A DNA stretch of 64,000 nt, from the sequence record NC_061448.1. One strand, written 5' to 3'. Below are positions 42,796 through 52,012 of this stretch, piece after piece (position 1 is the first letter of the stretch; each line of letters begins with the position of its first letter). The position numbers and the translations under genes were made by a program. The notes under the pieces are model-generated. The model was not told the origin of the DNA, did no database searches, and worked only from the letters and a program-made list of their open reading frames with translations.

Positions 42796-44391
42796 ATGGC
42801 ACGTATCGAAACTAACACTAACCTGGTTGGCAAAACTATCGTCCTGCTGAACGGCACCAAAACTAAAATCGAAGATGCAATCGCGTCCGGTTACAAAGTG
42901 AAAGGCCAGACGAAACGTATCGCTACCCGTTGCGTTGTGAAAGAGGGTGCGCACTTCCGTGAAATCGAACGTATGAACCTGAGCCAGCTCGAAGACACCG
43001 GCGAAGGTTACGTTAAGCTGAAAGAAGCGAAAGCTGCTGGTAAGAAAGCTACCGGCAAGAAAGACGCTGTGAAAGAGAAAGCGCCTAAGACTTCTGGTAA
43101 GAAGACTGGCGGTAAAGTCTCGAAAGAGAAAGAGCCGAAAGTTCGTCGCAAATCTTCCGAAGAGCAGTCCGAAGATTATCAGAATCTGGCACACGCTATC
43201 ATCAAAGGCGGCAAGGCGAAACCTGCTGTTGAGATCGAAGCTGTAGACGAAACGCTGACCGACGCTGTTGCTAAACGTCTGGTGGCGCTGCTGGAAAACA
43301 GCGAAATTGCGAAAGTGTGTGCTGACAACAAAACGCCGATCGCTAACGCACTGTCAGTTGCTTACGGTGCTGAGTACGCCGAAGAGAACAACACAATGCA
43401 GATCACGCTGAGCCTGCAATACGCAATGCCGGTCAAAGATACTGCTGTCGCACCTGAGCTGGACGAAGCTGTTGCGAAACGTGCCGCCAAGCTCGCGTCT
43501 AAGAAGATTGGCAAAGTGCTGGCGAAAGCAATCAAAGCTGCGTTCGACCTCGAAGATGCGAACGACCTGCTGCCGGGTACTGTACTGACCACTGACGGTA
43601 CTGAGTTCGTGTTTGTGGGTGAATCTGCTAAACACGCTGGCAAAGCGCTGATGTATAGCGCAGACACTGACGGCTTCAAATCATTCGGCGCTGACAAGCT
43701 GTCCGACTTCGAAATCGTCGCTGATGAAAGCGAAGAAGAAGAGGAAGAAGTCGAAGAAGAAGAAGAGGTCGAGGAAGAAGAAGAGGAAGAAGAAGACGGC
43801 GAAGACGACGACAACGTAGAAGATGACGGTGAGCCGCAAGACGCCGAGTACGAGTTCGTTGCTGTCGAAGCTGATCAACTCGAACTGGTCAACAAGAAAG
43901 TGACCGCGAAGTATCACGCTGCACTCGCTGAACGTTTCGGTGTAGACGAAGAAGCGCTCGCCCCTGGCCTGATGTTGACTGACGGCGAAACAACATTCGC
44001 TTATCTGGGCTGCGATAGCAAAGGCGGGCTGCTGGTAATCGACCTGTCTGACGACGCAGACGAAGAAGACAACGTTCTGGTATACAGCAAAGCTGATATT
44101 AAAACGCTGAACGACTTTAGCCCTGTGATCGATAGCGGTGAAGCTGACGACGCCGAAGAGGAAGACGGCGAAGAAGAAGATACCGAAGAAGAAAACGACT
44201 TCGAAGATGAGGACGGTGAAGAGGAAGAGGACGAAGAAGAAGAAGACTTCGAATTTGACGACGCACCGAGCGAAGACCTCGAAGACCTGTCCGAAGACGA
44301 GCTGCGTGATCGCGCTGTTGAAGCCGGTCTGACTACGCCGCGCAAAGCAGACAAAATGAACGCTGCCCAGCTGCGTAAGCTCCTGAAGTAA
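42796..44391 (+). CDS. Modular protein (531 aa): beta N-domain, K-rich linker, two repeated beta domains, long D/E tracts, C-terminal HeH-like module
   Basis: Repeats LLPGTVLTTDGTEFVFVG / LAPGLMLTDGETTFAYLG; LEDLSEDELRDRAVEAGL...MNAAQLRKLL. Confidence 0.9.
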   Translation: MARIETNTNLVGKTIVLLNGTKTKIEDAIASGYKVKGQTKRIATRCVVKEGAHFREIERMNLSQLEDTGEGYVKLKEAKAAGKKATGKKDAVKEKAPKTSGKKTGGKVSKEKEPKVRRKSSEEQSEDYQNLAHAIIKGGKAKPAVEIEAVDETLTDAVAKRLVALLENSEIAKVCADNKTPIANALSVAYGAEYAEENNTMQITLSLQYAMPVKDTAVAPELDEAVAKRAAKLASKKIGKVLAKAIKAAFDLEDANDLLPGTVLTTDGTEFVFVGESAKHAGKALMYSADTDGFKSFGADKLSDFEIVADESEEEEEEVEEEEEVEEEEEEEEDGEDDDNVEDDGEPQDAEYEFVAVEADQLELVNKKVTAKYHAALAERFGVDEEALAPGLMLTDGETTFAYLGCDSKGGLLVIDLSDDADEEDNVLVYSKADIKTLNDFSPVIDSGEADDAEEEDGEEEDTEEENDFEDEDGEEEEDEEEEDFEFDDAPSEDLEDLSEDELRDRAVEAGLTTPRKADKMNAAQLRKLLK

Positions 44392-44417
44392 TCTCGTAAC
44401 ACTGTAACACTGAAATA

Positions 44418-44444
44418 AGATGCGGTTCATACAGAGCCGCATCT
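44418..44444 (+). promoter_or_regulatory. Intergenic 11-bp hairpin (processing or stability element)
   Basis: AGATGCGGTTC-ATACA-GAGCCGCATCT. Confidence 0.6.
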
Positions 44445-44457
44445 CTGACAACTAAGC

Positions 44458-44471
44458 TGATTGAGGAATCA
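44458..44471 (+). promoter_or_regulatory. SD in GAGG tetraloop hairpin
   Basis: TGATT-GAGG-AATCA. Confidence 0.75.
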
Positions 44472-44475
44472 CACT

Positions 44476-45888
44476 ATGTCAAACGCAAATGCAAACCTGT
44501 TGAACGCTCGTGTACGTCGTCTGGACGGTACTGTAACCTACATCAATAAAGTAAATGGCAACGGTTATAGCACCAACGCGAAAGGTCCGCAGATTCCGGT
44601 CAAGCGTATTGTGCTTGCTGGCAAAACGCTGAAAGAGATTGAGTCGCCGTTAGCGAAAACTGAGCACGTTCTGATTGACGGTATCACTGTGAAGCTGAAC
44701 AAGCGCCAGCAGAAAGACCTGCGCAACGACGAGATCGACGTTGATACAATCAAGCCTGACTTTAGCTCTCTGGTGTATATCGACCCTGAGACAGGCAAGC
44801 CCGCTGCTGCGAAAGCACCGAAAGCTGCGAAAGCTGATAAGCCTAAAGCAGGGCTGAAAGCAACACGCGAGCGTAACGAAGCGAAAGGTCCTTCACTCGC
44901 AAATCAGGTCGACGCAGTGATCGCTGGCGCTAATAGCGTAGCGAAACGCGCCGATGCAGCGAAAGCGTTTGGCATGTTGTGGAAAGATTTGAAAGTTGCC
45001 AAGGGCGTTGACGTTGTGAAAGCTCTTGGTCGTAGCTATGTGCGTAAAGCGCTCAAAGCTCTGGACACCGAAGCTGCTGACCTGACCGAATCAGTCGATA
45101 TGCTGCCGTCTGATAAAGTTGATCGCAAAGCAGAACTGGCACACACAATCGACGCGACCATCGCTGATGCTGATACGCAAGACCGTCGCAAGATGTTGAG
45201 CGAAGCGTTCGACATGGACTGGAAAGACGTTAAGAAGCACGGTGGCAAGGGCGTCATCAAGCACATGGGACGTAAAGCTGCCCAGTCTGCTGTGAATCGT
45301 CTGCGTGAGGGCGTTAAGCAAGACACGTTCATCAAGCAAATGCCTATCGCGCTGAAACGTCTGATTCAAGACGGTAATCTGACGCTGAACAAAGCGCAGA
45401 TCGAACGTGTGCTGGGTGCGCTTGACCTCGACGTGAAGTTCTACGATGTGGCAATGCAAACCCTGCTGGGTAATCTCAAGCTGTCCCTCGACAAGTCTAT
45501 TGAGAACCCGAAAGTGAAAGAGAAGAAAGCGAAGCACAAACTTGCAGTGCCGACCTACGCTTCTGAAAAAGAACAGTCCAAGCGTGTGCGCAAAATGACT
45601 ATCAAGCTCATTAAGCCGCCGAAGAAAGAAATGGAAGCGGCAAGAGCGCACATGAAAGAATCGAAAGCAGTCATCGCCAAGAAGCTGGGCATCAAGTCAT
45701 CTGATGTGAAGCGTGGCCTGATCTGCTACAAGCCGAACGGTGTTGAACTGATGTTCGTCGCGTGTGACATGACCGGCCCTGTCTTCATCGAGAAAGACGG
45801 TAGCGAATGCGTAATGGCACACGCCAACGTAGCACACACCTTCAATCTGACTCTGGGCCCTAAATCTGAACTGGATGCTGCTGTATGA
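44476..45888 (+). CDS. Basic K/A-rich modular protein (470 aa), distant paralogue of 42796..44391
   Basis: Shared N-domain L(D/N)GT.T.I...GY...EIE; shared C-terminal beta domain; two internal about 70-aa repeats with AF...WKD(L/V)K. Confidence 0.9.
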   Translation: MSNANANLLNARVRRLDGTVTYINKVNGNGYSTNAKGPQIPVKRIVLAGKTLKEIESPLAKTEHVLIDGITVKLNKRQQKDLRNDEIDVDTIKPDFSSLVYIDPETGKPAAAKAPKAAKADKPKAGLKATRERNEAKGPSLANQVDAVIAGANSVAKRADAAKAFGMLWKDLKVAKGVDVVKALGRSYVRKALKALDTEAADLTESVDMLPSDKVDRKAELAHTIDATIADADTQDRRKMLSEAFDMDWKDVKKHGGKGVIKHMGRKAAQSAVNRLREGVKQDTFIKQMPIALKRLIQDGNLTLNKAQIERVLGALDLDVKFYDVAMQTLLGNLKLSLDKSIENPKVKEKKAKHKLAVPTYASEKEQSKRVRKMTIKLIKPPKKEMEAARAHMKESKAVIAKKLGIKSSDVKRGLICYKPNGVELMFVACDMTGPVFIEKDGSECVMAHANVAHTFNLTLGPKSELDAAV

Positions 45889-46268
45889 CAAATAACGAAA
45901 TCCTTTTGTCAGGCATGTTCGCTCAACTCTACGCGCGGCTGGTAACGGCCGCAGTATTGAAGACCCACGTGTACTACTCTGACTTAGCGCCGATTGTGTT
46001 CGGCGTTCAACTGTCCGTGATAAGCAGTGCGCAGTACGATGCACTGTGGGGTCTTGTAAAAGAAACCATGCGTGTTGATATATCGCAGGGTAGACCGCCG
46101 CTTGCAGCGCTGTATGTATCACGGGCGTCCGACAGTAAACTGCCCGCTAAGAAATTCTTTCGTGAGTACCACAAGCTCACGGGCAAGCATTTGTCAGAAG
46201 CCGAATGGCAAGCACTCGTCGAGAATGTGTGGAACAACTATGCACCAGATCTTCGGGAGCCATCATGA
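45885..46268 (+). CDS. Putative winged-helix protein (127 aa)
   Basis: VYYSDLA...GRPPLAALYV...P...FF pattern. Confidence 0.6.
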   Translation: MTNNEILLSGMFAQLYARLVTAAVLKTHVYYSDLAPIVFGVQLSVISSAQYDALWGLVKETMRVDISQGRPPLAALYVSRASDSKLPAKKFFREYHKLTGKHLSEAEWQALVENVWNNYAPDLREPS

Positions 46269-46726
46269 AAAAGTCCAAAGTAGCAATTAGTCGCGGTGGC
46301 TACAGACCGTCATCGCAAGAAGAAGCACAAAAGCTGATAGCTGAATTTATTCTCGGTACTATCGGCGTTGACCCTACTGTTATCAGTCAACAAATGCTGT
46401 TGAACGTTGCGAACTATAACTACCTCACGTCTATCGCAGACACGGGTAAGGCAAATGCAGCGAACCAAGCAGCACTGCATAAAACTGTAAAAGAACTTAA
46501 TGCGTTCTGTAGACTGCACAAGATTCAACTGGGATTACTAATTATGCCCCATACATCTGCTAGTGATTACGCTGGCGATGAAGTTGTAGCGATTCCGTGG
46601 GAGCATGTGCAGAAAAACGCATTAAGCCAGTCTGCCATTGCCTCGCTGTTCCAAACAGTTGAAGCCGATGGTTATCCGCAGTTTGTGACTGATGCGAAAA
46701 CAGTAGAGGGATACAATGTTTTATGA
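46265..46726 (+). CDS. Hypothetical protein (153 aa)
   Basis: ATGA coupling, SD GGGAG. Confidence 0.75.
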   Translation: MKKSKVAISRGGYRPSSQEEAQKLIAEFILGTIGVDPTVISQQMLLNVANYNYLTSIADTGKANAANQAALHKTVKELNAFCRLHKIQLGLLIMPHTSASDYAGDEVVAIPWEHVQKNALSQSAIASLFQTVEADGYPQFVTDAKTVEGYNVL

Positions 46727-47996
46727 TCATGTATTCAGCCACGACGAGAAGCAATTGCTTTTGTCTGTGGCAGAATCTAAATATCTGGTGCGGCTAGACT
46801 GCCCAGAGTATTTGAAGAAATCGAAACACGCGATTGAAATTCGTCACACTGTAACTAACCGTGGTGAGCAACGTCGTAGCGGTACAATCACAACTGCATT
46901 CGTACCGCGTATTCATTCTGCGACTGTGCAGCGCCTTGTGCGCGATGTTCGTGACTCTGCTACAAAGAGTTCGTCTGACAATCTCGCTGCGTTGTTTGAG
47001 CTTGGCCTCGGTGTGCCGAAGCAACACGATATTGCAGTGTACCTGAAAGACTACTCGCGTGAGAACGATAAGAAGGGTGTGGGTATCAAGTATATCCGCA
47101 AACTGATTAACGAGTACCACCGCAAGCATCGTCACAGTTTTGCTGGTAGTCGCTGGCTGATGCCCGCAGCGTATACTGCGAACATGCTCAACATGCAGAA
47201 CTTCATTCATCTGAAAGAAGACGGCTACTCGAAGAAAGTAAAAGTACCTGAGGGTGTGCCTGTCGTGTTCATCTACCAGAACACGAATCATGAGAAAGCG
47301 ATGTTCACAATGTGCGACGCATTCATGATAAGCCCACTCGGTTATCCGATGCCGTTCGCGCAAATAGCGTTACGACCTGAGTTCAAAGCTGCACCGAAAG
47401 AGTTCAAGTCTAAAGCGCTGCGCGGCAAAAGCATGTACGCGATGGTCATGGGTATCGTCTACTGGGAAGAAGGAAGTGCGATTGAGAACTTCCGCGAGCT
47501 ACAGGCAATTGACGATGACCCGTACCTGACGCTGCTTAGTGACGAGAAGTACGCTGACCGCCGCTCTGAGGAATATCAAGAGCTGCTGGACAAACGTGCT
47601 GAACTGAACGAGCAAGCGAAACACTGGAACGCAGTGATCGCGAAGTATGGCAGCACAACGCGCACTCTCAAACCCGAGCAAGTCGAGAAGCTACAGAACG
47701 CCGAAGCGTTTTTCAAAGAGCGCAAAGAGTTCATGGACGACTTCGACAAGTTCGAGAAGAAAGAGAACCACAAAGCTGCGAAGAAGTTCGCTGCTGCGAA
47801 AGCGCTGTTTGCCGCTGTTGATTGTGGCACTATCATGGACCGCACGACTTACATGTCCGTGTCGTCTGGGCTTGACGATGTGAATAAGATTCTTACCGGA
47901 TGGGGATTCACAACCGTCAATACTGTTAACGTTAGTTTGAAGAAGTCTATTCTCACATACGACCGCAAGAACGCAAGCCGCGTCTGGTCACTGTAA
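46716..47996 (+). CDS. Hypothetical protein (426 aa) with coiled-coil insert
   Basis: SD GAGGGA; long ORF. Confidence 0.8.
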   Translation: MFYDHVFSHDEKQLLLSVAESKYLVRLDCPEYLKKSKHAIEIRHTVTNRGEQRRSGTITTAFVPRIHSATVQRLVRDVRDSATKSSSDNLAALFELGLGVPKQHDIAVYLKDYSRENDKKGVGIKYIRKLINEYHRKHRHSFAGSRWLMPAAYTANMLNMQNFIHLKEDGYSKKVKVPEGVPVVFIYQNTNHEKAMFTMCDAFMISPLGYPMPFAQIALRPEFKAAPKEFKSKALRGKSMYAMVMGIVYWEEGSAIENFRELQAIDDDPYLTLLSDEKYADRRSEEYQELLDKRAELNEQAKHWNAVIAKYGSTTRTLKPEQVEKLQNAEAFFKERKEFMDDFDKFEKKENHKAAKKFAAAKALFAAVDCGTIMDRTTYMSVSSGLDDVNKILTGWGFTTVNTVNVSLKKSILTYDRKNASRVWSL

Positions 47997-48001
47997 ACCA
48001 C

Positions 48002-48017
48002 TTATCTGAGGAGATAA
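48002..48017 (+). promoter_or_regulatory. SD in GAGG tetraloop hairpin
   Basis: TTATCT-GAGG-AGATAA. Confidence 0.75.
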
Positions 48018-48022
48018 CGCAA

Positions 48023-51000
48023 ATGTCTAATAATAACCTGGGCGCTGCTGCATCATTTGGTTCTGAAACACAAAAGCAGATTAGCGACGAACAACGTCGT
48101 GCTCACTCTGCTGAGAGCGGTCATCTGAACAAATGTACCATCGTTGTTCTGACTTCTCTGAATGCTCACGGTCGCTTCTCTTACATGAGCGCCGACGAGC
48201 AACTGCACGAGAAGTCGATTGAAGGTAAGGTAATGGATCGTCTGCCTAGCCTGATCGAACGTGCAACTGGTCCTTCTACTGACCAGAACAGTGCGTATTA
48301 CATTCTGCATCCAAACAATGGTGTGCCTACTCGTATCGACGAGCGCATCAAAGTGGGCGAAGGTGATGCGGTCATTGTTTCGTATACTGTAAATAAAGCA
48401 GTGTCAGAGATGCACGGTAGTTTGTCGCTCGCTCTTTTCAGTGCAGGCGAAAGCGACCTGTCAGACTTGGCAGCCGAGTTTGGGGTTCACTCTATCTCGA
48501 TTGTCGAAGAAAGCAAAGCCGGTAATTACATTCAGGCACTCGCCGCTCAGGTGGAAGCTCTGCAAACTGTAAATATCACAAGCATTGATGAAACTGATGG
48601 TGCTCTCGATAAAGCGGTAATTGATTACAGCGCGTTGCCAGCTAACCCTGTTACTGTGCTGTCTGGTGCTGTGCGTACTTTCATCATGCAAACTATTGGC
48701 GGCGAGATCGTTGCTGCAATTCCAAATAACGGAGAACTGAACGTGAAACAACCTACCAACGCAACGCCTGTAAACCTGAGCGAAGACTTCGACGCAGAAG
48801 ACGAAGTTGTTGATCAGCAGGACGGCGGCGACGAAGAAGAAGTTGCTACTGGCACTGACCTGTTCGGCTACAAAGCTGAATCGCTGTCTGTTGAGCAAAT
48901 GACCGAAGCGCTTGAAGCGATTGGTTATGATCTGACTGCGATGAACGAAGATGGTATTCGTGAGTCGTTCGATACTGAACAAGCCATCTGGCTGGAAAAA
49001 GCTGACGGCGCTCAGTCTTCTGACGAAGAAGAAGTTGACGGCGAAGCTGACGACGAAGAAGACGAAGAAGAAACCGAAGACGGTGACTTCGACGCTGTTC
49101 AATTCCTCGCATCTGTGCTGGTTGCCGAAGAACTGGACCGTGCCGGTCTGAAAGTTCTGATTCGTACTCAAGACCTTCCGGTGATGAAGAAAGACACCGT
49201 TGAAACTCTGACTGCGAAGCTGCTTGAGCTGGTCGAAGGCGCAACCGAAGAAGAGATGGTTGAAACGCTGAACACCTTCGTAGATGCTCTGCAAGAGCAC
49301 GAAATCGCCTGCCCGAACATGCTGGCCGCTCTGTCTTCTGACGAAGAAGAAGACGAAGACGAAGAAGATTCTGAGGAGGAAGATGAAGACTCCGAAGAAG
49401 AGGACGAAGATGAAGATTCTGAGGAGGAAGAAGACTCCGAAGATGACGATGGTGATGACCTGCAGGAGCAGATCGATGCTGTCACTGATCCTCTCGACTA
49501 CTTCCAGTTCACCGGCGGTGCACTGACTGCGGAACAACGCGCTGCTGCTGTTGCTGCTATGGGCGAAGACGCATCTGCGATGACTATCGTTCAGGTAATG
49601 AAAGCGTTCACCCGCATTCAAAGCCAGACCAGCCCTATCGCAATGATCGACGATGAAGCTGACCTTACGTCGAACGTTGACGAACTTCGTGCGCTGCTGA
49701 GTCAGTACGACGAAGCGACCATTCAGCACGTAGCTGAAAGCCTGGGCATCCTCGTTGACGAGTGCGAAACCGCTGACGAAATGATCGAAGCGATTGCTAA
49801 CGGCGGTAACGAAGACGACTTCGCCGCAGTTGAAGAGATCGCAACTAACTACGGTATCGACCTGTCCGAAGTTGCAGACGGCGCTGACCTGGACTTTGTT
49901 GACGCACTGCTTGCTGTGCTGCCAGCGTTCCTGAACGACGACGAAGTTGCCGAGCAGGACGAAGACGAAGAAGAAGACGGCGAAGTTGACGAAGAAGATG
50001 AAGTCGAAGCTGATGGTGATGCCGCTGCTGAAAACGATCATCTGAAATTCGTTAAGTCTGTTGACACTACCAATCGCGTCGGCCCGATGCTGACTGTCGA
50101 TATGGACCAGACGCTGATCATCAACTTCACTCTGACTGACGGTGACACTTACTCACCGATTGAAAGCGAACTGTCTGACATTAACGGCTTCAACTACCGC
50201 TACCCGTTCAACCTGGGCAAAGCTGGTAAAGCGCCGGGCGCGATGCACCTGCCAGCGCAGTCTCTGCTGGACATCATCGAGCGTACCAGCACTACTCGCT
50301 TCATGGCTGACCCGTCAACGTTCGATGTTGCTGCGTGGTCTGAAAGTCTCGAAGCGACTCTGGAAGATGAAATCGCTTCCTCTCTGTATGCTGGCCGTAT
50401 CGAAGAAGGCATGGACCCGAACGAAGCCGGTCTTGTTGTCGGTGAGTTCATCGACGAAGAAGAAATCGCACAAGCCGCTGAGCTGGGTTACATCGACGAA
50501 GATCAGTTTGCAGAACTGCAAGGCGACCATCTGCCGATTGCAAGCCTGTACGGTGCTAAGTCTCGCGTTCGTCCAGTGCAGGTTGATACTGCTCACGTCG
50601 CGCTGCACACCACTGTGATGAACGTTGCAGTCCCTGGCTTCTGGGGTGACTCTGATGTTTCTCTGCTGGTACAAGCTGCTGTCAATCGCGTTATCGCTCT
50701 GGCGGGTACCGTTGAAGGTATCAAAGTGTACGCGGGCTTCACGTTCGAATCTGCTGCACTGCTGAACAACGACCGCCTGTTCGAAGCGCTGACCGCACTG
50801 CGTGGCATGGAAGGCGTACAGTCTTACTCTGCTGCTGACGCTGCGAACTTCGACGACGCAGAAGACGTGATCGAAGTAGCTGGTGCTCTCGACGCTCGCG
50901 ACCTGCCGCTGTCTATCCTGTCTGGTGGTCTGGCTGCTGCGACGTTCGACAATGGCGGTGACCTGACTGTGCTGGTTCAATGTTCTCCTGAGGAAGAAGA

Positions 51001-51037
51001 ATCCGAAGAAGACGAAGAAGACGGCGAAGACGAATAA
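48023..51037 (+). CDS. Very large, extremely acidic modular protein (1004 aa) with several HeH-like helical modules
   Basis: Folded N- and C-terminal regions separated by D/E tracts; ESLSVEQMTEALEAIGY, EELDRAGLKVLI...VETLTAKL, SQYDEATIQHVAESLGI...ADEMIEAI. Confidence 0.9.
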   Translation: MSNNNLGAAASFGSETQKQISDEQRRAHSAESGHLNKCTIVVLTSLNAHGRFSYMSADEQLHEKSIEGKVMDRLPSLIERATGPSTDQNSAYYILHPNNGVPTRIDERIKVGEGDAVIVSYTVNKAVSEMHGSLSLALFSAGESDLSDLAAEFGVHSISIVEESKAGNYIQALAAQVEALQTVNITSIDETDGALDKAVIDYSALPANPVTVLSGAVRTFIMQTIGGEIVAAIPNNGELNVKQPTNATPVNLSEDFDAEDEVVDQQDGGDEEEVATGTDLFGYKAESLSVEQMTEALEAIGYDLTAMNEDGIRESFDTEQAIWLEKADGAQSSDEEEVDGEADDEEDEEETEDGDFDAVQFLASVLVAEELDRAGLKVLIRTQDLPVMKKDTVETLTAKLLELVEGATEEEMVETLNTFVDALQEHEIACPNMLAALSSDEEEDEDEEDSEEEDEDSEEEDEDEDSEEEEDSEDDDGDDLQEQIDAVTDPLDYFQFTGGALTAEQRAAAVAAMGEDASAMTIVQVMKAFTRIQSQTSPIAMIDDEADLTSNVDELRALLSQYDEATIQHVAESLGILVDECETADEMIEAIANGGNEDDFAAVEEIATNYGIDLSEVADGADLDFVDALLAVLPAFLNDDEVAEQDEDEEEDGEVDEEDEVEADGDAAAENDHLKFVKSVDTTNRVGPMLTVDMDQTLIINFTLTDGDTYSPIESELSDINGFNYRYPFNLGKAGKAPGAMHLPAQSLLDIIERTSTTRFMADPSTFDVAAWSESLEATLEDEIASSLYAGRIEEGMDPNEAGLVVGEFIDEEEIAQAAELGYIDEDQFAELQGDHLPIASLYGAKSRVRPVQVDTAHVALHTTVMNVAVPGFWGDSDVSLLVQAAVNRVIALAGTVEGIKVYAGFTFESAALLNNDRLFEALTALRGMEGVQSYSAADAANFDDAEDVIEVAGALDARDLPLSILSGGLAAATFDNGGDLTVLVQCSPEEEESEEDEEDGEDE

Positions 51038-51049
51038 TAACGTCTGAAC

Positions 51050-51077
51050 AAGCGGCTCGAAAGGGCCGCTTACTTTT
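51050..51077 (+). terminator. Rho-independent terminator
   Basis: AAGCGGCTC-GAAA-GGGCCGCTT-ACTTTT. Confidence 0.8.
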
Positions 51078-51092
51078 CTCGGGGATCTGTAA

Positions 51093-51917
51093 ATGTCAGA
51101 ACAGAATCACGCTGCTAACATCATCGAAATGATGGAACGCAAAACGCAAGACCTGCATCAAATGACCGACAACTTCAAACAAGCTGATGGTCTGAAACAA
51201 GACGCCGAACGTGAGCTCCGTGTGCAGGCTCAGGACAACGTTAGCTTGCGCTTGAAGATGCGCCGTACCGAGCGTGAACATACCGCTCAAATCGCACTGC
51301 GCGATGAACGCATTCAGGAAGTGGTTGGATTCTGCAACGAGCAGTCCGCAGAAATTCGCACACTGAAAGCTGAACTCGAATCTGTAAAGAGTAAACACGA
51401 AGCGGCAAACCCGCTGCCGTTTGCTCTGCATATGATAATGTGTGCTGGTGTTAATCACTACCACACAATCATCCAGCAACTCGCTAACGGTACTGTAAAT
51501 CGTGAAACGAACAAAGTTGCTCGCGCACTTGCGCAACTGAACCGCACAGACACGGTAACTAAGCAGCCTTCGCTGTATCGCTCTGTTGCTCAGTATTGTT
51601 CTGCTGTTGCTGTGGACGTACCTGCTGGCTCAACACTGCTGGTGGAGATTAAACGCCACATCGAAGCGAACGTCGACCTGTTCCTGAAAGACGTGCAATA
51701 CGAACAGTCTCGCGCTGTCTTATCGCAAGTGTGGGAAGCGCGTCGTAAAGCTGCTCACATGGGCTTTGGTGCGCGTAACATCTGCGAAGCATTTGACTGG
51801 TGCCCTGCTGCGCACGAAGACGACGCAGACAAAGTGGAAGACGATGAAGAATACGAAGAATTGTTCTGTGATTCGCTTCTGAAAATTTGTACTTTCTTGA
51901 TTAAAGATAGCTTTTAA
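51093..51917 (+). CDS. Coiled-coil hypothetical protein (274 aa)
   Basis: Heptad-rich first 110 aa. Confidence 0.8.
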   Translation: MSEQNHAANIIEMMERKTQDLHQMTDNFKQADGLKQDAERELRVQAQDNVSLRLKMRRTEREHTAQIALRDERIQEVVGFCNEQSAEIRTLKAELESVKSKHEAANPLPFALHMIMCAGVNHYHTIIQQLANGTVNRETNKVARALAQLNRTDTVTKQPSLYRSVAQYCSAVAVDVPAGSTLLVEIKRHIEANVDLFLKDVQYEQSRAVLSQVWEARRKAAHMGFGARNICEAFDWCPAAHEDDADKVEDDEEYEELFCDSLLKICTFLIKDSF

Positions 51918-51918
51918 G

Positions 51919-51965
51919 AATCTGTAAAAGTTACCTGCAATCGAATCTGTAAACACTAATTGAAG
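51919..51965 (+). promoter_or_regulatory. Two AATCTGTAAA motifs (candidate middle/late promoter)
   Basis: 51919-51928 and 51944-51953, the latter followed by CACTAATTGAAG. Confidence 0.6.
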
Positions 51966-52012
51966 TTCGAACCGAGCGACAAGCTCACACTTATAAATCC
52001 CGGAGCATTACA

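Noticed and set aside
3035-47996. CTGTAA at many gene ends (3035, 8731, 10306, 10946, 31258, 47992) as extra promoter motifs
   Set aside because: These are simply a Leu codon CTG plus the TAA stop. Only intergenic AATCTGTAAA copies were counted as evidence.
13485-48017. GAGG-loop hairpins as CsrA/RsmA sites
   Set aside because: CsrA prefers ANGGA in a hexaloop. Here the loop is a GAGG tetraloop, the A of GGA is paired, and the -2 base is not A.
48461-50041. Long minus-strand ORFs (for example 526 aa here, also 43681..44451, 827..1636, 37323..38033, 55826..56518)
   Set aside because: These are antisense shadows of + strand genes whose codon bias avoids TTA/CTA/TCA. They are F/V/S-rich translations of GAA/GAC runs with no RBS.
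48023-51037. 1004-aa protein as chimallin (phage nucleus shell) or tape measure
   Set aside because: No recognisable similarity; extreme acidity and D/E tracts are unlike either, and no tubulin or tail genes are in the window.
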